DNA from: Planctomycetota bacterium
GTDB lineage: Bacteria; Planctomycetota; UBA1135; UBA2386
Length of the DNA stretch: 64,000 nucleotides
Direction: 5' to 3'
NCBI GenBank assembly: GCA_016716265.1
Contig: JADJWQ010000006.1
Span: forward strand, 2,595,166-2,659,165
Below are positions 9,036-19,113 of this stretch, in pieces (position 1 is the stretch's first letter; each line of letters begins with the position of its first letter). The position numbers were made by a program, and so were the translations under genes. The notes below the pieces were generated by a model, which was not told the origin of the DNA, did not search any database, and worked only from the letters and a program-made list of their open reading frames with translations.

Positions 9036-11720
9036 ATGCCTCGCCTCGCACTGATGCTCCTGCTGGCGCTGCTCGCGGCCGCGGTCGCGTGGCTCGCGCT
9101 GACCGGAGCGGGGTCCACTGGACCTGCGCCGGCGCCCGTCGACGCACCCGCGGTCGATGGCTCGACGGCGAGGGCGGGAGAGCACCGCGACGCGCACGTC
9201 GAGCCCGCACGCGATGCGCCGAGCCCGACGCCGACCGCACCGGTCCGCGAGCGGGTCGCGACTCCGGTCGTCGACGAGCCGGCCGGCGACGGCCTCGCGA
9301 CGATCGTCGGCCGCTGCGTCGACGAGGATGGCGCGCCGCTCGCCGGCGTCGCGCTCGAGCTGCGCGGCTACGGCGACGACCGGCATGCGGTCACGCTTCA
9401 CGAACTCGATCACGGTCCGATCGACTGGAGCGATCCGCCCCCGGCGCACTCGGACGATCACGGCCGCTTCGAGATCCGCTTCGCGCCGCCACCGCCGTAC
9501 GAGTTCGGCCTCGTCTCCCGCTCCCCCGGTCGGATCGCCGCGAGGACGCAATGGCCTTCGATCCCCGCCGGAGCCCGCATCGACCTCGGCGACGCGGTGC
9601 TGTCGCGCGGCGTGCTACTGCGCGGGATCGTCGTCGATCCGGCGGGGACCGCGCTGCCCGAGTGGCGCGTGTCGTTGATCGGCGCGGGCGGTCCGGGCCC
9701 GACGGCGTCCTCCCCGGTCACGCCGGGCTCCGCGCTCGTGCCGCGCAGGAACCTCGAGCTGACGACCGACGCGGCGGGGGCGTTCAGGAGCGACACGGCG
9801 CTGCCGCCCGGGGACTACGTCCTGTCGACCGCCGGAAAGCTGATCGACCCGCCGGGCCGGGTGGGGCTCGCAGCACCCACGACCGAGCTGCGGATCGTCG
9901 TCGAGCCGTTCCGGCGACCGGAGCAGGTCGGTCCACCGATCGCCGGGGTCGTCACGGACGGCCGCGGTACGCCGATCCCCGACGCGACGCTGCTCGCCGT
10001 GCGGCTCGACCGCCCCGACGGCCGGATCGGACCCGGAGGAATCGGCGTGGGCCGGACCGCGCCCGATGGCGGCTTCCGGATCCCGCAATACACGGGCGCC
10101 GACGAGCGCGGGCTGCGGCTTCGTGTTCTCGCCGATGGCTTCGAGCCCGCCGACACCGGCGAGCCGATCCCCTGGGGCGCGCCCGCCGTGCGCATTGCAT
10201 TGCTCGATGGCCCGAGCCTGACGGTCAACGTCCGCGACGCGACGAGCGGCGCACCGGTCGAGCGGTTCGGAGTGCAGCTCGACGGGCCGGACGCGGTCGA
10301 CACTTCCGGCTTCGTCCGCGGCGACGCCCGCATCCGTGCAGCCGGCCCCCATCCGGGCGGCACGGCGACGATCGAACGCCTGACTCCCGGCCCGTATTCG
10401 CTGCGGATCGTGCCCGCCCCGTCGCTGCAGCTTCCGAAGTCCGATTGGATCAGGCTCGAGATCGAAGCGGGCGTGCCGGCCGTCGTCGACGTCGTGCTCC
10501 TGCCAGACGTCGCGCGCACGATCGTGCTGCGCGATGCCGACGGCGCACCGATCGTGGGCTCGTCCCTCGAGCTCGTGCACCCGCTCGACACCGACCCGGT
10601 CGAGCTCGACACGACGGCCGTGGACCGCGACCAGCCTCCGTCGCGCGCGCCGCGCCGTGCCCGCAGGGTCGACGGCGAGATCCGCTTCGAGCGACAGGGA
10701 GCCGTTCGCGTCGCGACGGCGACGACCGACGCCGCCGGGCGCACGACCCTCGCCGGCCCCGGCGACACCGCCTTCGCGCTGCGCGTGCTGGGCCCCGGAC
10801 ACCCACCGTTCGTCGTGCAGCCGGTCCGGCTCGACGAGCCTGAGCCGCTCGAGATCACCGCACCGAGCGGCGCGACGCTCCGCATCCGCGCGACGCCGGT
10901 AGAGATCGCGACCGCGTACCGGGTCGCCGTCGGGCTCGTCGATCGCGCGGGCCGGCGCAGCTTCCCGAGCGCGCCGGAGTATCGCTTCGGCCCGACCGCG
11001 CCCGACTGGCTGCCTCTCGACGACGACGGCCGCGCGGTGCTGGTGGGCATCCCGCCCGGCCGCTGGGCGCTGCGCGTCGTCACCGTCGGCCACACCGGAG
11101 GATCGGACACCCGAACGCTGATCGAGGAGCTCGAGCTGGCGGCAGGCGAGGCGCGCGACGTCGCGCTCGACCTGAGCGGCGTGGCACCGGCGACCACGAC
11201 GCTCGTCCTCACCTGCAACGGTCGCCCGTTCGAAGGCACCGTCCAATTGCTCGGCTGGCTCGGCGGCGCGAACGACTGGTCGACGCGCAGCCTGGAGACC
11301 GGCGCCGACGGCCGCGTCGAGGTCGAACTCGCTCCCGGCACGTGGCGGACGACGTTGAAGGCCGAAGAAGCGGGCGGCATCGCCGACGTGCGCAGCGAGC
11401 CGTTCCAGATCGGCGCGACCCCGCCCGCCGAGGTCGCGATCCGCGTGCAGTCCGGCCACCGCGTCGTGCGCGTGCTGCGCGCGAACGGCGAGCCGGCCGC
11501 GAACCAGCCGCTCAGCTTCGAGGGCCCGATCGGCAGCAATGCGCGCGCGAACCTCGCCGCGGACGCCGATGGCCGGGCGACGCTGCGCGGCGGCGCCGGC
11601 GCGGTCCGCGTCTTCGGTTCCGTCGGCCGCGGCCCCGACCAGCTGCGCGTGCCGCTCGGCGACGTGCAGCTGCTGCCCGGCGGCGGCAGCGTCGTCGACC
11701 TGCAGCTCCCGCCGTACTGA
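9036..11720 (+). CDS. secreted protein with repeated carboxypeptidase-regulatory-like (CarboxypepD_reg) domains
   Basis: GGAAGAAGAGG RBS-like purine run upstream of the ATG. Signal/anchor MPRLALMLLLALLAAAVAWLALTG. Repeated G-x-V-x-D-x-x-G-x-P ... DG-x-F blocks. Confidence 0.7.
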   Translation: MPRLALMLLLALLAAAVAWLALTGAGSTGPAPAPVDAPAVDGSTARAGEHRDAHVEPARDAPSPTPTAPVRERVATPVVDEPAGDGLATIVGRCVDEDGAPLAGVALELRGYGDDRHAVTLHELDHGPIDWSDPPPAHSDDHGRFEIRFAPPPPYEFGLVSRSPGRIAARTQWPSIPAGARIDLGDAVLSRGVLLRGIVVDPAGTALPEWRVSLIGAGGPGPTASSPVTPGSALVPRRNLELTTDAAGAFRSDTALPPGDYVLSTAGKLIDPPGRVGLAAPTTELRIVVEPFRRPEQVGPPIAGVVTDGRGTPIPDATLLAVRLDRPDGRIGPGGIGVGRTAPDGGFRIPQYTGADERGLRLRVLADGFEPADTGEPIPWGAPAVRIALLDGPSLTVNVRDATSGAPVERFGVQLDGPDAVDTSGFVRGDARIRAAGPHPGGTATIERLTPGPYSLRIVPAPSLQLPKSDWIRLEIEAGVPAVVDVVLLPDVARTIVLRDADGAPIVGSSLELVHPLDTDPVELDTTAVDRDQPPSRAPRRARRVDGEIRFERQGAVRVATATTDAAGRTTLAGPGDTAFALRVLGPGHPPFVVQPVRLDEPEPLEITAPSGATLRIRATPVEIATAYRVAVGLVDRAGRRSFPSAPEYRFGPTAPDWLPLDDDGRAVLVGIPPGRWALRVVTVGHTGGSDTRTLIEELELAAGEARDVALDLSGVAPATTTLVLTCNGRPFEGTVQLLGWLGGANDWSTRSLETGADGRVEVELAPGTWRTTLKAEEAGGIADVRSEPFQIGATPPAEVAIRVQSGHRVVRVLRANGEPAANQPLSFEGPIGSNARANLAADADGRATLRGGAGAVRVFGSVGRGPDQLRVPLGDVQLLPGGGSVVDLQLPPY

Positions 11721-11745
11721 CCGCGCCTGGCGGGATCCTCCCCCG

Positions 11746-12795
11746 TCACGGGAAGCGCGGCAGCCACTCGAGCCGCGACACGCGGCCGCGGCTGTTCCAG
11801 TCGAGCACGTAGAGGTCGCCGTGCGAATCGAACGCGGCGCCGTGCGGCGACAGGAACACGCCGTCCTGCCACTTCTCGCGCGGCACGCCGTTCTGCGCGC
11901 GCAATGCGGCATCGGGCTGGTCGCCGAGGTGACAGACGAGCTCGTTCTTCTCGTCGAGGATCGTGACGCGCCCGGCGAGATCCGGCACGACGAGGTCGCG
12001 CCCGTTGGGGTGCGCGTAGACGTTGCACGGCCGCCGGAAGATGCCGGAGACGATGCCGCGCAGCCCGCCGTCGAGGTCGAAGATCTGCAGGCGGCCGTTC
12101 TCGCGGTCGGCGACGATCAGCCGCGGCTCGCTGCCGCGCGTGTCGAGCAGCAGCCCGTGCGGCGTGCGCATCTGCCCGGGCTCGGTGCCCATGCCACCGA
12201 ACGAGCGCACGTAGTGCCGGTCGCGGTCGAACTGGTGGACCCAGCTCTTGCCGTAGCCGTCGGCGACGAACAGCGAGCCATCGGGTGCGACGACCACGTC
12301 GGTCGGGCGGTACTCGCCGGCGTTCTGGTAGATGCCGGCCTCGGTGGGGTAGCCGAGCGTCCAGAGCACCTCGCCGTCGAGGGTGGTCTTGACGACCTCG
12401 TGCCGTCCGATGTGCGCGAGGTACAGATACTCCTGGTCACCCTCCCGCCGCAGCGTCATGCCGTGCAGGCCGCCGGCGAACTCGGCGCCCCAGGTCTTCA
12501 CGAGCGTGCCGTCGGGCCGGTAGACCATCACGGCGCGCTCGGTGTCGGTGTTGAAGTAGACGTTGCCGGCCGCGTCGACGGCGATGCAGCCGTGCGTGTT
12601 GCCCAGGTCCTGGCCGCCCTCGCGCACGGCGAAACCCGGCACCCAGCGGTAGGTGTGGCGCCCGGCACCGAGCAGCGGCGGGTCGCCGGGGCTGGCGAGC
12701 GCCGGCGGCGCGGCCGCGAGCGACGCTGTCTGCACGGCCTGGGCGGAGACGGGAGCGGCGGCGAGCGCGACGGCGACGGTGAGAGTCCGGCTCAT
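11746..12795 (-). CDS. NHL-repeat (six-bladed beta-propeller) protein, secreted
   Basis: Start MSRTLTVAVALAAAPVSAQA (signal peptide). Repeated motifs of the VAPDGSLFVAD / DSHGDLYVLD type are typical of NHL repeats. Confidence 0.7.
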   Translation of the reverse strand: MSRTLTVAVALAAAPVSAQAVQTASLAAAPPALASPGDPPLLGAGRHTYRWVPGFAVREGGQDLGNTHGCIAVDAAGNVYFNTDTERAVMVYRPDGTLVKTWGAEFAGGLHGMTLRREGDQEYLYLAHIGRHEVVKTTLDGEVLWTLGYPTEAGIYQNAGEYRPTDVVVAPDGSLFVADGYGKSWVHQFDRDRHYVRSFGGMGTEPGQMRTPHGLLLDTRGSEPRLIVADRENGRLQIFDLDGGLRGIVSGIFRRPCNVYAHPNGRDLVVPDLAGRVTILDEKNELVCHLGDQPDAALRAQNGVPREKWQDGVFLSPHGAAFDSHGDLYVLDWNSRGRVSRLEWLPRFP

Positions 12796-13029
12796 GGTGA
12801 TCGGCGGCGAGCGAGGGCGGAGAAGCGAGCGGGCGGCATCACACCGCAACCTGGGCGCTGGCGCCAGCGGCCGGGCCGCCGCTGCGGCTCGACCTCGGCA
12901 TCGCGTCCAACTGTCGATCCGGCGTCGGGCCGGAGTCCGGTGCAACGCGCACCGGGCAGATCCGCTCGGGTGACGACGCCGCCGCGGCACCGCGGCGGCA
13001 GCCATCGCCACCCCCGGAGCGCCCCCGTG

Positions 13030-14070
13030 ATGAGACCACTGATCCGCCCGACGACCGCCCTGCTGCTCGCGACCGGAACCTGCCTCGCCCAGACCGTCTC
13101 GCCCGCCCTGTTCCGCCTCGCGCCGGCGAACTCCTCGGACAGCCGCCCGTTCGCGGCGGCCGGCTCCCGCTGGCTGCAGGTGCACGACGACCTGCGCGGC
13201 CAGCCGATGACCGTGCGCAGCCTGTCGTTCCGACTCGAGGAGGCGCTGAGCGGTTCGCCGATCCCGGCGTTCCAGCTCAACGCGGACCTGTGGATGTCGA
13301 CGGCGGTGACGACCGCGACCGCGCCGAGCAGCACGTTCGCGCTGAACCACGGTGCCGACCGCACGCAGGTGCTCGCCCGCACGCAGATCGTGCAGTTTCC
13401 GGCGATGACCGTGTCGACGCCGCTGCCGGGATTCGAGTACCGCATTCCGCTCGCCACGCCGTTCGTGTTCGGCGGTCAGGGTCCGCTCGCGTGGGAGGCC
13501 CAGGTGCAGAGCACGACGAGCTTCGTGTCGTTCGACGCGGTGCTCGGCTCCCAGACCAATCCGCGACCTTTCGAGCGCGAGCTCGGGGACGGCTGCGTGC
13601 GCAGCGGCGGCGCTCTCGGAATGTCGCTGTTCGGCTACAGCACGGTGTCGTGGTCGTCCGGCGCGATGACGAACAACTACAGCGTGAGCCTCGCGCCGAC
13701 CGGAGCAACGCCCGTCCTGATGATCGGCCTCGGGTACGCACCCATCGTGCTGCCGGGAACGGCCAGCGGCGCGTCCGGGCCGTGTACGCTCGCGACGGTG
13801 CCGGTGAACGTCCTGCCGATGGCCAATCCTACGCGCTATGCGTTACCTCTCGCGCTGTCGCCGGCGTTCCACGGTGCGATCTTGACGAGCCAGGCCTTCG
13901 CGCTCGATCCCGGTGCCAACGCGCTCGGCGTCGTCTCCAGCAACGCATTCACGCAGGTCTTCGCGGCCCCCTACGGTCCGGCGCCGGTCGGCCGCGTGTC
14001 GAGCAGCAGCGCGTCGAGCGCGACCGGTCTCGCATTCGCCAACACCGGCCTCGTCATCGGCGTGCGCTGA
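13030..14070 (+). CDS. secreted hypothetical protein with the shared C-terminal module
   Basis: Signal peptide MRPLIRPTTALLLATGTCLAQ. Protein-like composition. Its last 130 nt are duplicated at 21620..21752. Confidence 0.6.
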   Translation: MRPLIRPTTALLLATGTCLAQTVSPALFRLAPANSSDSRPFAAAGSRWLQVHDDLRGQPMTVRSLSFRLEEALSGSPIPAFQLNADLWMSTAVTTATAPSSTFALNHGADRTQVLARTQIVQFPAMTVSTPLPGFEYRIPLATPFVFGGQGPLAWEAQVQSTTSFVSFDAVLGSQTNPRPFERELGDGCVRSGGALGMSLFGYSTVSWSSGAMTNNYSVSLAPTGATPVLMIGLGYAPIVLPGTASGASGPCTLATVPVNVLPMANPTRYALPLALSPAFHGAILTSQAFALDPGANALGVVSSNAFTQVFAAPYGPAPVGRVSSSSASSATGLAFANTGLVIGVR

Positions 14071-14073
14071 TGC
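13941..14073. repeat. copy A of a 133-bp imperfect direct repeat (3' end of CDS 13030..14070)
   Basis: About 92% identical to 21620..21752. The shared core is ccggtcggccgcgtgtcgagcagcagcgcgtcgagc.cgaccggtctcgcattcgccaacaccggcctcgtcatcggc.tgcgctgatgc. Confidence 0.85.
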
Positions 14074-14316
14074 GCCCGGGCTGCGCTTCGAGACCATTCC
14101 CGTGCTCGCACTTGCCGACACGCGGGGTGCGGTCTTGCGGTAACTCCGTGCTTGCCGACGCACTCCCGTCAGGCTGACCGCGTCCTCGCGTCACTCGCTG
14201 GCGGACGCGCGGCCGGGACGACATCGGGCCGTTGGTCCGGATTCCTGGTGCCGCGACGGCGCTTCGGGTGTGATGCCAAAGACACCGGACCGAGCCCGAG
14301 TCCAGGGGGCACCGCC

Positions 14317-14889
14317 ATGGACGAAACCCACGCCAGCACGGACGACGAGGGGACGCTCGCCGAGCGCGCGCGGCGCGGCGACCAGGGCGCGAAGGCCGAT
14401 CTCCTCGCAGCGTACCGCCAACGGCTCGTCCGCTTCTGCCACGGCTATCTCGGCCGGAGCGAGGACGCCGAGGACGCGGCGCAGGACGTGCTGGCGAAGC
14501 TGCTCGCCGCTCCGTGGCCGCAGGGCAAGTTCCGGCCGTGGCTGTTCTGCGTGGCGCGCAACCACTGCCTGAATCTGGAGCGCCGCGTGCGCGGCAGCCC
14601 GGTCGACTACCGCGGCGCATTCACGACGTCGCACCTGCCTTCCCCGCACACGGGCCCCGCTACCGCGCTCGGCCGGCACGAGCGCGACCGCCGGCTCGCC
14701 GAGGCGATGCAGTCGCTGTCGCGCCAGCACTCCGAGGTGCTGTTCCTGCGCTACTTCGAGGAGCTCGAGCGGGACGAGATCGCGGCGGTGCTCGGCGTGA
14801 CGGCGGCCGCCGTCAAGTCGCGGCTCGCGCACGCGCGCCGCGAGCTGTTCCGGCGCCTTGGCCCGCAGGGGATGGACGAGATGGGCTGA
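14317..14889 (+). CDS. ECF-type RNA polymerase sigma factor (sigma-70 family)
   Basis: Regions 2 and 4 are recognisable (AQDVLAKLL...; EVLFLRYFEELERDEIAAVLGVTAAAVKSRLAHARRELFRRL). 190 aa. Confidence 0.8.
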   Translation: MDETHASTDDEGTLAERARRGDQGAKADLLAAYRQRLVRFCHGYLGRSEDAEDAAQDVLAKLLAAPWPQGKFRPWLFCVARNHCLNLERRVRGSPVDYRGAFTTSHLPSPHTGPATALGRHERDRRLAEAMQSLSRQHSEVLFLRYFEELERDEIAAVLGVTAAAVKSRLAHARRELFRRLGPQGMDEMG

Positions 14890-14943
14890 CGCGCGAGGCG
14901 CCGGGTCGTCCTCCGTGGAGTGGAGATCCGTGACGCCATTGGC

Positions 14944-17931
14944 TCAACGGTCCACAGCGAGGATCTCCAGCCATGCCGCCTGCCGGCCGCGGATCCAGAC
15001 CGCGGCATTGCCGCCGGCGCTCCATCTCGGCAGCGAGGACATGCCGGGCACGCCCCGTGTCACGACCTGGCGCGCCTGCCGGTCGTAAACGTGCACCGGG
15101 CTGCCCTCCGCTGCGCCACCGTAGCTGAAGAAGTAGAACCGCTCGCCGTCCGGGGCCCACGCGCCGATCCAGTCCCAGGAGTCCGACTGCTGGATCGCGA
15201 CCTCGGTCGGCCGGCCGTCGAGCCACGCGAAGCGGATCTGCGAGTCGTTCGCCGGGCCATAGTCGACGTAGGTCACGAACTCCCCGCTCGGATGCCAGAC
15301 CAGACCTTCCTTGTAGCGGGCCTCCTCCGGTGGCGTCATGCGGGTCAGTTCGCCAACCGGGAACGCGATCGCGAACGCGGTGTTCACATGCGCTGCCAGG
15401 TCGGCGTCGGTCGCGTAGCCGAGCGCGGCGATGAAGTCACCGTTCGGCGACCACTCGAGTGTGCCGTCCCAGCGCGGAAGCCGGGCCAGCTCCCGCGGCG
15501 CGTCGCTGCCGTCGGCGGCCACCACGAGGACACTGCGGCCGTCGACGTACGCGAGCCAGCAGCTGTCGGGAGACCAGCGGATCCAGACCGGGCACGAGGT
15601 GCGCGCGAGCACGCGCAGGTCACCGCTGTCGATCGACTGCACGCAGACCTCCGCACGGTCCGGATCGCCCGTCGTCCAGGACGAGAACGCGATCCGCGTG
15701 CTGTCCGGCGCCACGTCGTAGAGCGTGCCGAAGGACATCACGCCCAGCGGGCCCGAGGCGTCGTAGGCAGCACTGGTGAGCAGACGAGCCGCCCCGCCGC
15801 CTCGCGGCATCGCGAACAGGCCGCGCTGGCCGGAGACCTCACCGATGAAGAACACGGTCCGTCCGTCCGCCGACAGGCGCGGGGCACGGCCGCGCGTGTG
15901 CTCCGTGCCTTCCTCGAAGCGGTCCCCCGTCGTCGTCCAGACCGTCGCGGTGTCACGGCGCACGCCGACGAGGAGCGCGCCATCCGACAGGAAGCGCGGC
16001 GCGACGAATCCCTCGTTGTGCAGGAACGTCACCCGTCGTGGTGCGGCGGTCGCGCGACCAGTCTCGCCGTCGACCGCCAGCCTCCAGATGTCGCTCCCGC
16101 TCGCCGCGGGAGTCGTGCCGCTCGCGACGAACCAGACCGAGCGACCGTCCGGTGCCCACACGGGCTGGTGGCAATCGTCCGGCGTCGTCGTGAGCTGCCG
16201 GCTCGAGCCGCCGACGCGTGGGACGAGCCAGAGGTCGCTCCGGGGCGGGCCCTCGGACCGAGTTGCGTCGACCACCAGCCAGCGGCCGTCGGCGGACCAG
16301 CCGCCGAGTGAGCTGACCGGTGGCAGGTCCGTCGGGTGCCGGCGAACCGTGCCGCCGACGAGCCGGATACTGTCGATGCGGTCCGTCAGGCACGTGATCT
16401 CGTGTCCGTCGGGCGTCCAGCAGACGTCTCGGATTCGCGCACCTCGCTCGGGTGCTGGCAGCGCCTGCTCGATCCGCGCCTCCGCAGCGTTCCAGACGAG
16501 CACGAACTGCTCCGCCTCGCCCTGCCGATTGCCGACCGCGGCAATCCGGAGGCCATCGGGTGACCAGCGCGGCGCAGTGCATCGGAACTCGGCGATGTCG
16601 TCGGGTCCGCCCCCGCCGCCGAGCGGCCGGCCGATTCCGGTCACGCGGTCCCAGACGCGCAGCCGAAAGCCCACCGCGTAGACGATCTGCGCTCCGTCCC
16701 CGAGCGCGTCGAACGTCCTTCGGCTGCCGGCATCGCTCAGAACGTCGGGGATGTCGATCGGCATCCGCTGCGCGAGTCGCGGTCGCGTATCGGTGTCCTC
16801 CGACGGGAGGAACAGAATCGCGGCGAGCACCGCAAGAGCGGAGGCGGCGAGCCAGGGCCACCGTCCTCGTCCGAACCACGAAGGCAGCCTGCGCGCCACT
16901 CTCGCTCGGACCGCCTCGCCGGCCAGGTGGCGGCGCAGGTCCGCCGCGAGATCGAGAGCGGAGCCGTAGCGCCGCGTCCGGTCGACGGCGATCGCCTGCA
17001 GCACGATGTCCCGGAGCGGTCGTGGGATCGAGTCGGCCCTCGCCACCGCATGGGCCACGTCGGGCGAGGCGAACGTCCGGACCGCCTCGGCGAGGCTCGT
17101 CGGCGCCCCGTACGGCAGTCGGCCGGTCAGCAGCTCGTGGAGCATCACGCCGAGCGAGTAGACGTCGCTCCGCCTGTCGATCGCCGGCGTGCCCCCGAGC
17201 TGCTCCGGGCTCATGTAGGGGATCGTCCCGCCCGGCGACGCGAGCACGGATCGGGACAACGAGACGTTGCCGTCCGGGCGCAGGAACCGCGCGAGCCCGA
17301 AGTCGAGCACGCGCGGCCGACCGTCGCCGTCGACGAGCACGTTGGTCGGCTTCACGTCCAGGTGGACCACGCCGCGCTCGTGCGCGTGGTGGATCGCCTC
17401 CGCGGTCTGCGCGATCAGCTCGAGGCGTCGCTGGAGCGACGCCGACGTACGCGCACAATGGCGATCGAGGGGTTCGCCCTCGACCAGCTCCATCACGAGA
17501 TACAAGAAGCCGCCGTCGCGTCCGGCGTCGTGGATCACGACGAGGCACGCGTGTCGCAGCTTCGCGAGCGCCTGGACCTCGCGCTCGAAGCGGCGCAGGT
17601 CGCCTGCCGTGGACGGGCCGACCGGTCGTAGGACCTTCAGCGCCACGCGGCGCGCGGGGTTCGGTTGCTCGGCCTCGTACACGACGCCCATGCCGCCCTC
17701 GCCGAGGCGACGGACGATGCGGTAGGGCCCGATCGATGCGGGCAGCGGGGTCGGGTCCGCGCTGCACAGCGCGGTCAGTCCTTCGTGGACGCGCCGCAGC
17801 CGCTCGAGGCATTCGCGGCACGATGGGCAGGACTCCACATGCGCCCGCAGCTCGCGCGGCGCGTCCGCGTCGGGGTCGTCCAGCAGGTCCCAGAGCTGAG
17901 CTTCGTCGATCGCACAACTCCGGGGTTCCAT
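14944..17931 (-). CDS. Ser/Thr protein kinase with N-terminal zinc-finger (anti-sigma-like) region, TM segment and C-terminal TolB/WD40-like beta-propeller
   Basis: HVESCPSCREC motif. Kinase subdomains GEGGMGVVYEA, VALK, HRDVKPTNVLV, DFGLAR and PYMSPEQ. Hydrophobic segment WLAASALAVLAAILFL. Long propeller-like C-terminus. Convergent with the ECF sigma gene. Confidence 0.85.
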   Translation of the reverse strand: MEPRSCAIDEAQLWDLLDDPDADAPRELRAHVESCPSCRECLERLRRVHEGLTALCSADPTPLPASIGPYRIVRRLGEGGMGVVYEAEQPNPARRVALKVLRPVGPSTAGDLRRFEREVQALAKLRHACLVVIHDAGRDGGFLYLVMELVEGEPLDRHCARTSASLQRRLELIAQTAEAIHHAHERGVVHLDVKPTNVLVDGDGRPRVLDFGLARFLRPDGNVSLSRSVLASPGGTIPYMSPEQLGGTPAIDRRSDVYSLGVMLHELLTGRLPYGAPTSLAEAVRTFASPDVAHAVARADSIPRPLRDIVLQAIAVDRTRRYGSALDLAADLRRHLAGEAVRARVARRLPSWFGRGRWPWLAASALAVLAAILFLPSEDTDTRPRLAQRMPIDIPDVLSDAGSRRTFDALGDGAQIVYAVGFRLRVWDRVTGIGRPLGGGGGPDDIAEFRCTAPRWSPDGLRIAAVGNRQGEAEQFVLVWNAAEARIEQALPAPERGARIRDVCWTPDGHEITCLTDRIDSIRLVGGTVRRHPTDLPPVSSLGGWSADGRWLVVDATRSEGPPRSDLWLVPRVGGSSRQLTTTPDDCHQPVWAPDGRSVWFVASGTTPAASGSDIWRLAVDGETGRATAAPRRVTFLHNEGFVAPRFLSDGALLVGVRRDTATVWTTTGDRFEEGTEHTRGRAPRLSADGRTVFFIGEVSGQRGLFAMPRGGGAARLLTSAAYDASGPLGVMSFGTLYDVAPDSTRIAFSSWTTGDPDRAEVCVQSIDSGDLRVLARTSCPVWIRWSPDSCWLAYVDGRSVLVVAADGSDAPRELARLPRWDGTLEWSPNGDFIAALGYATDADLAAHVNTAFAIAFPVGELTRMTPPEEARYKEGLVWHPSGEFVTYVDYGPANDSQIRFAWLDGRPTEVAIQQSDSWDWIGAWAPDGERFYFFSYGGAAEGSPVHVYDRQARQVVTRGVPGMSSLPRWSAGGNAAVWIRGRQAAWLEILAVDR

Positions 17932-18149
17932 CGTCGCACTCGTGGACTCGCCGACGTCCGCCGCGGCTCGCGACCACCGATCGCCAGCCGCGCGAGATGG
18001 TAGCGCGGTTCGGGCATCGGGAGAGGGCTCGCGTCCGGGCGGCCCGGTGGGGCGGGCCGGGATTCGAGGTCCGCGCCGGCTGCCCGGGTGTGCTGGTCTC
18101 CAGGTCGCGCGTAGGCGGCCGAGAACCACGAGTCACGAGGAGGATCCGC

Positions 18150-19113
18150 ATGAAAGTCGCGCGTCGAACACGGAACTGGCCGATCTGGTCGGCCTGTGCA
18201 GTCCTGCTGGTTGCCGGTGCGGCCAGAGCGCAGGGAAACGGCCGTGGTGGCGATGGCGGTGGCGGTAGTGGCAGCAACGGCGGCAACGCCGTCCAGTCGG
18301 ACATCCCGGCGGTCCTCGACGTGACGGACCCGTTCGTGCCGCCGAGCCCGCCGACCGTCGGGAGCCTGTCCGCGGACGTCGCCGGGCTGGGCTACGACTG
18401 CTGGGTGGGGCGCCGTCGGACGATCACATTGACGCTCGCCCGGCGCAGTCCGCGGTCGATGCGCCTGATCCTCGGACCGGAGCTGCCTCCGGACCCAAAC
18501 CCGCTCATGGACAACCCATGGAACAGCCCGCGCGTGTACTTCGGCGCTGGCATCCCGAATCCGTCCTTCGGTCCCGACGGCGTCGCGGACACCCCGGACG
18601 ATCACGAGATCACGGAGGTCTCGATGCAGATCGCGGGGTGGGAGAACGTGTCGGCACTCGGCGCCTTCGCGACGGACGCATCGAGCTACAGCGACGCGGA
18701 CGGCAATCCGATCGTCGTCGATCCGCAGGATCCTGCGACGTTCAGCCACATGGCGACGACGATGCGCATCAGCTTCAAGGTCGGACAGCACATGTGGCGG
18801 CTGGACTTTCGGGACACCGCGCCACGTCGGCACCGGCCGGTTGCCGACGCATCCGGACACCGGGCCGGTCGTCATCCGCCGGTGGTTCGGGAACGGACCC
18901 GCCGACCCGAACGACCCTGCGGTGCCGTGGGAGGTCCGCATCGAGCCGTGGTGGGGGAACGACCCCGCGGTTCCGCGCACCGGCATGGTCGTCGGTTTCC
19001 TGAACTACCTCGGAACCGGCGGGAACACGACGGGAGGGTATGCCGGCGCGTACGACATCCGCTGGTCGGCCGAAGACTGGCCGAGCTGCTGGACCGCCTG
19101 GGCTGCGCAGTAG
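18150..19113 (+). pseudogene. secreted protein gene interrupted by a frameshift (or sequencing error) near 18813..18863
   Basis: GAGGAGG RBS precedes ATG 18150. Signal peptide MKVARRTRNWPIWSACAVLLVAGAARAQ. Frame A is protein-like up to about ...MWRLDFRDT, then turns Arg-rich. The protein-like continuation (VVIRRWFGNGPADPNDPAVPWEVRIEPWWGND...AAQ*) sits in the +1 frame as ORF 18841..19113. Confidence 0.45.

Noticed and set aside
5810-10843. 1677-aa plus-strand ORF and the overlapping 1229-aa minus ORF 5862..9551
   Set aside because: Their translations are dominated by Arg/Ala/Gly/Pro runs and they are antisense or out of frame relative to well-supported genes (the DUF1080 dehydrogenase and the CarboxypepD_reg protein). 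Stop-poor alternative frames like these are typical in DNA of this GC content.
9615-12028. Minus-strand ORFs 9615..11912 (765 aa) and 9815..12028 (737 aa)
   Set aside because: They are antisense to the protein-like CDS 9036..11720. Composition is low-complexity (Arg/Ser/Ala/Pro-rich) and there is no signal or motif content.
14890-14943. TGGAGATCC...GGATCTCCA inverted repeat between the convergent sigma and kinase genes as an intrinsic terminator
   Set aside because: The 9-bp stem encloses a loop of about 31 nt that lacks a U-tract and partly overlaps the kinase coding end. It is too weak to call as a feature and is mentioned only within a finding.
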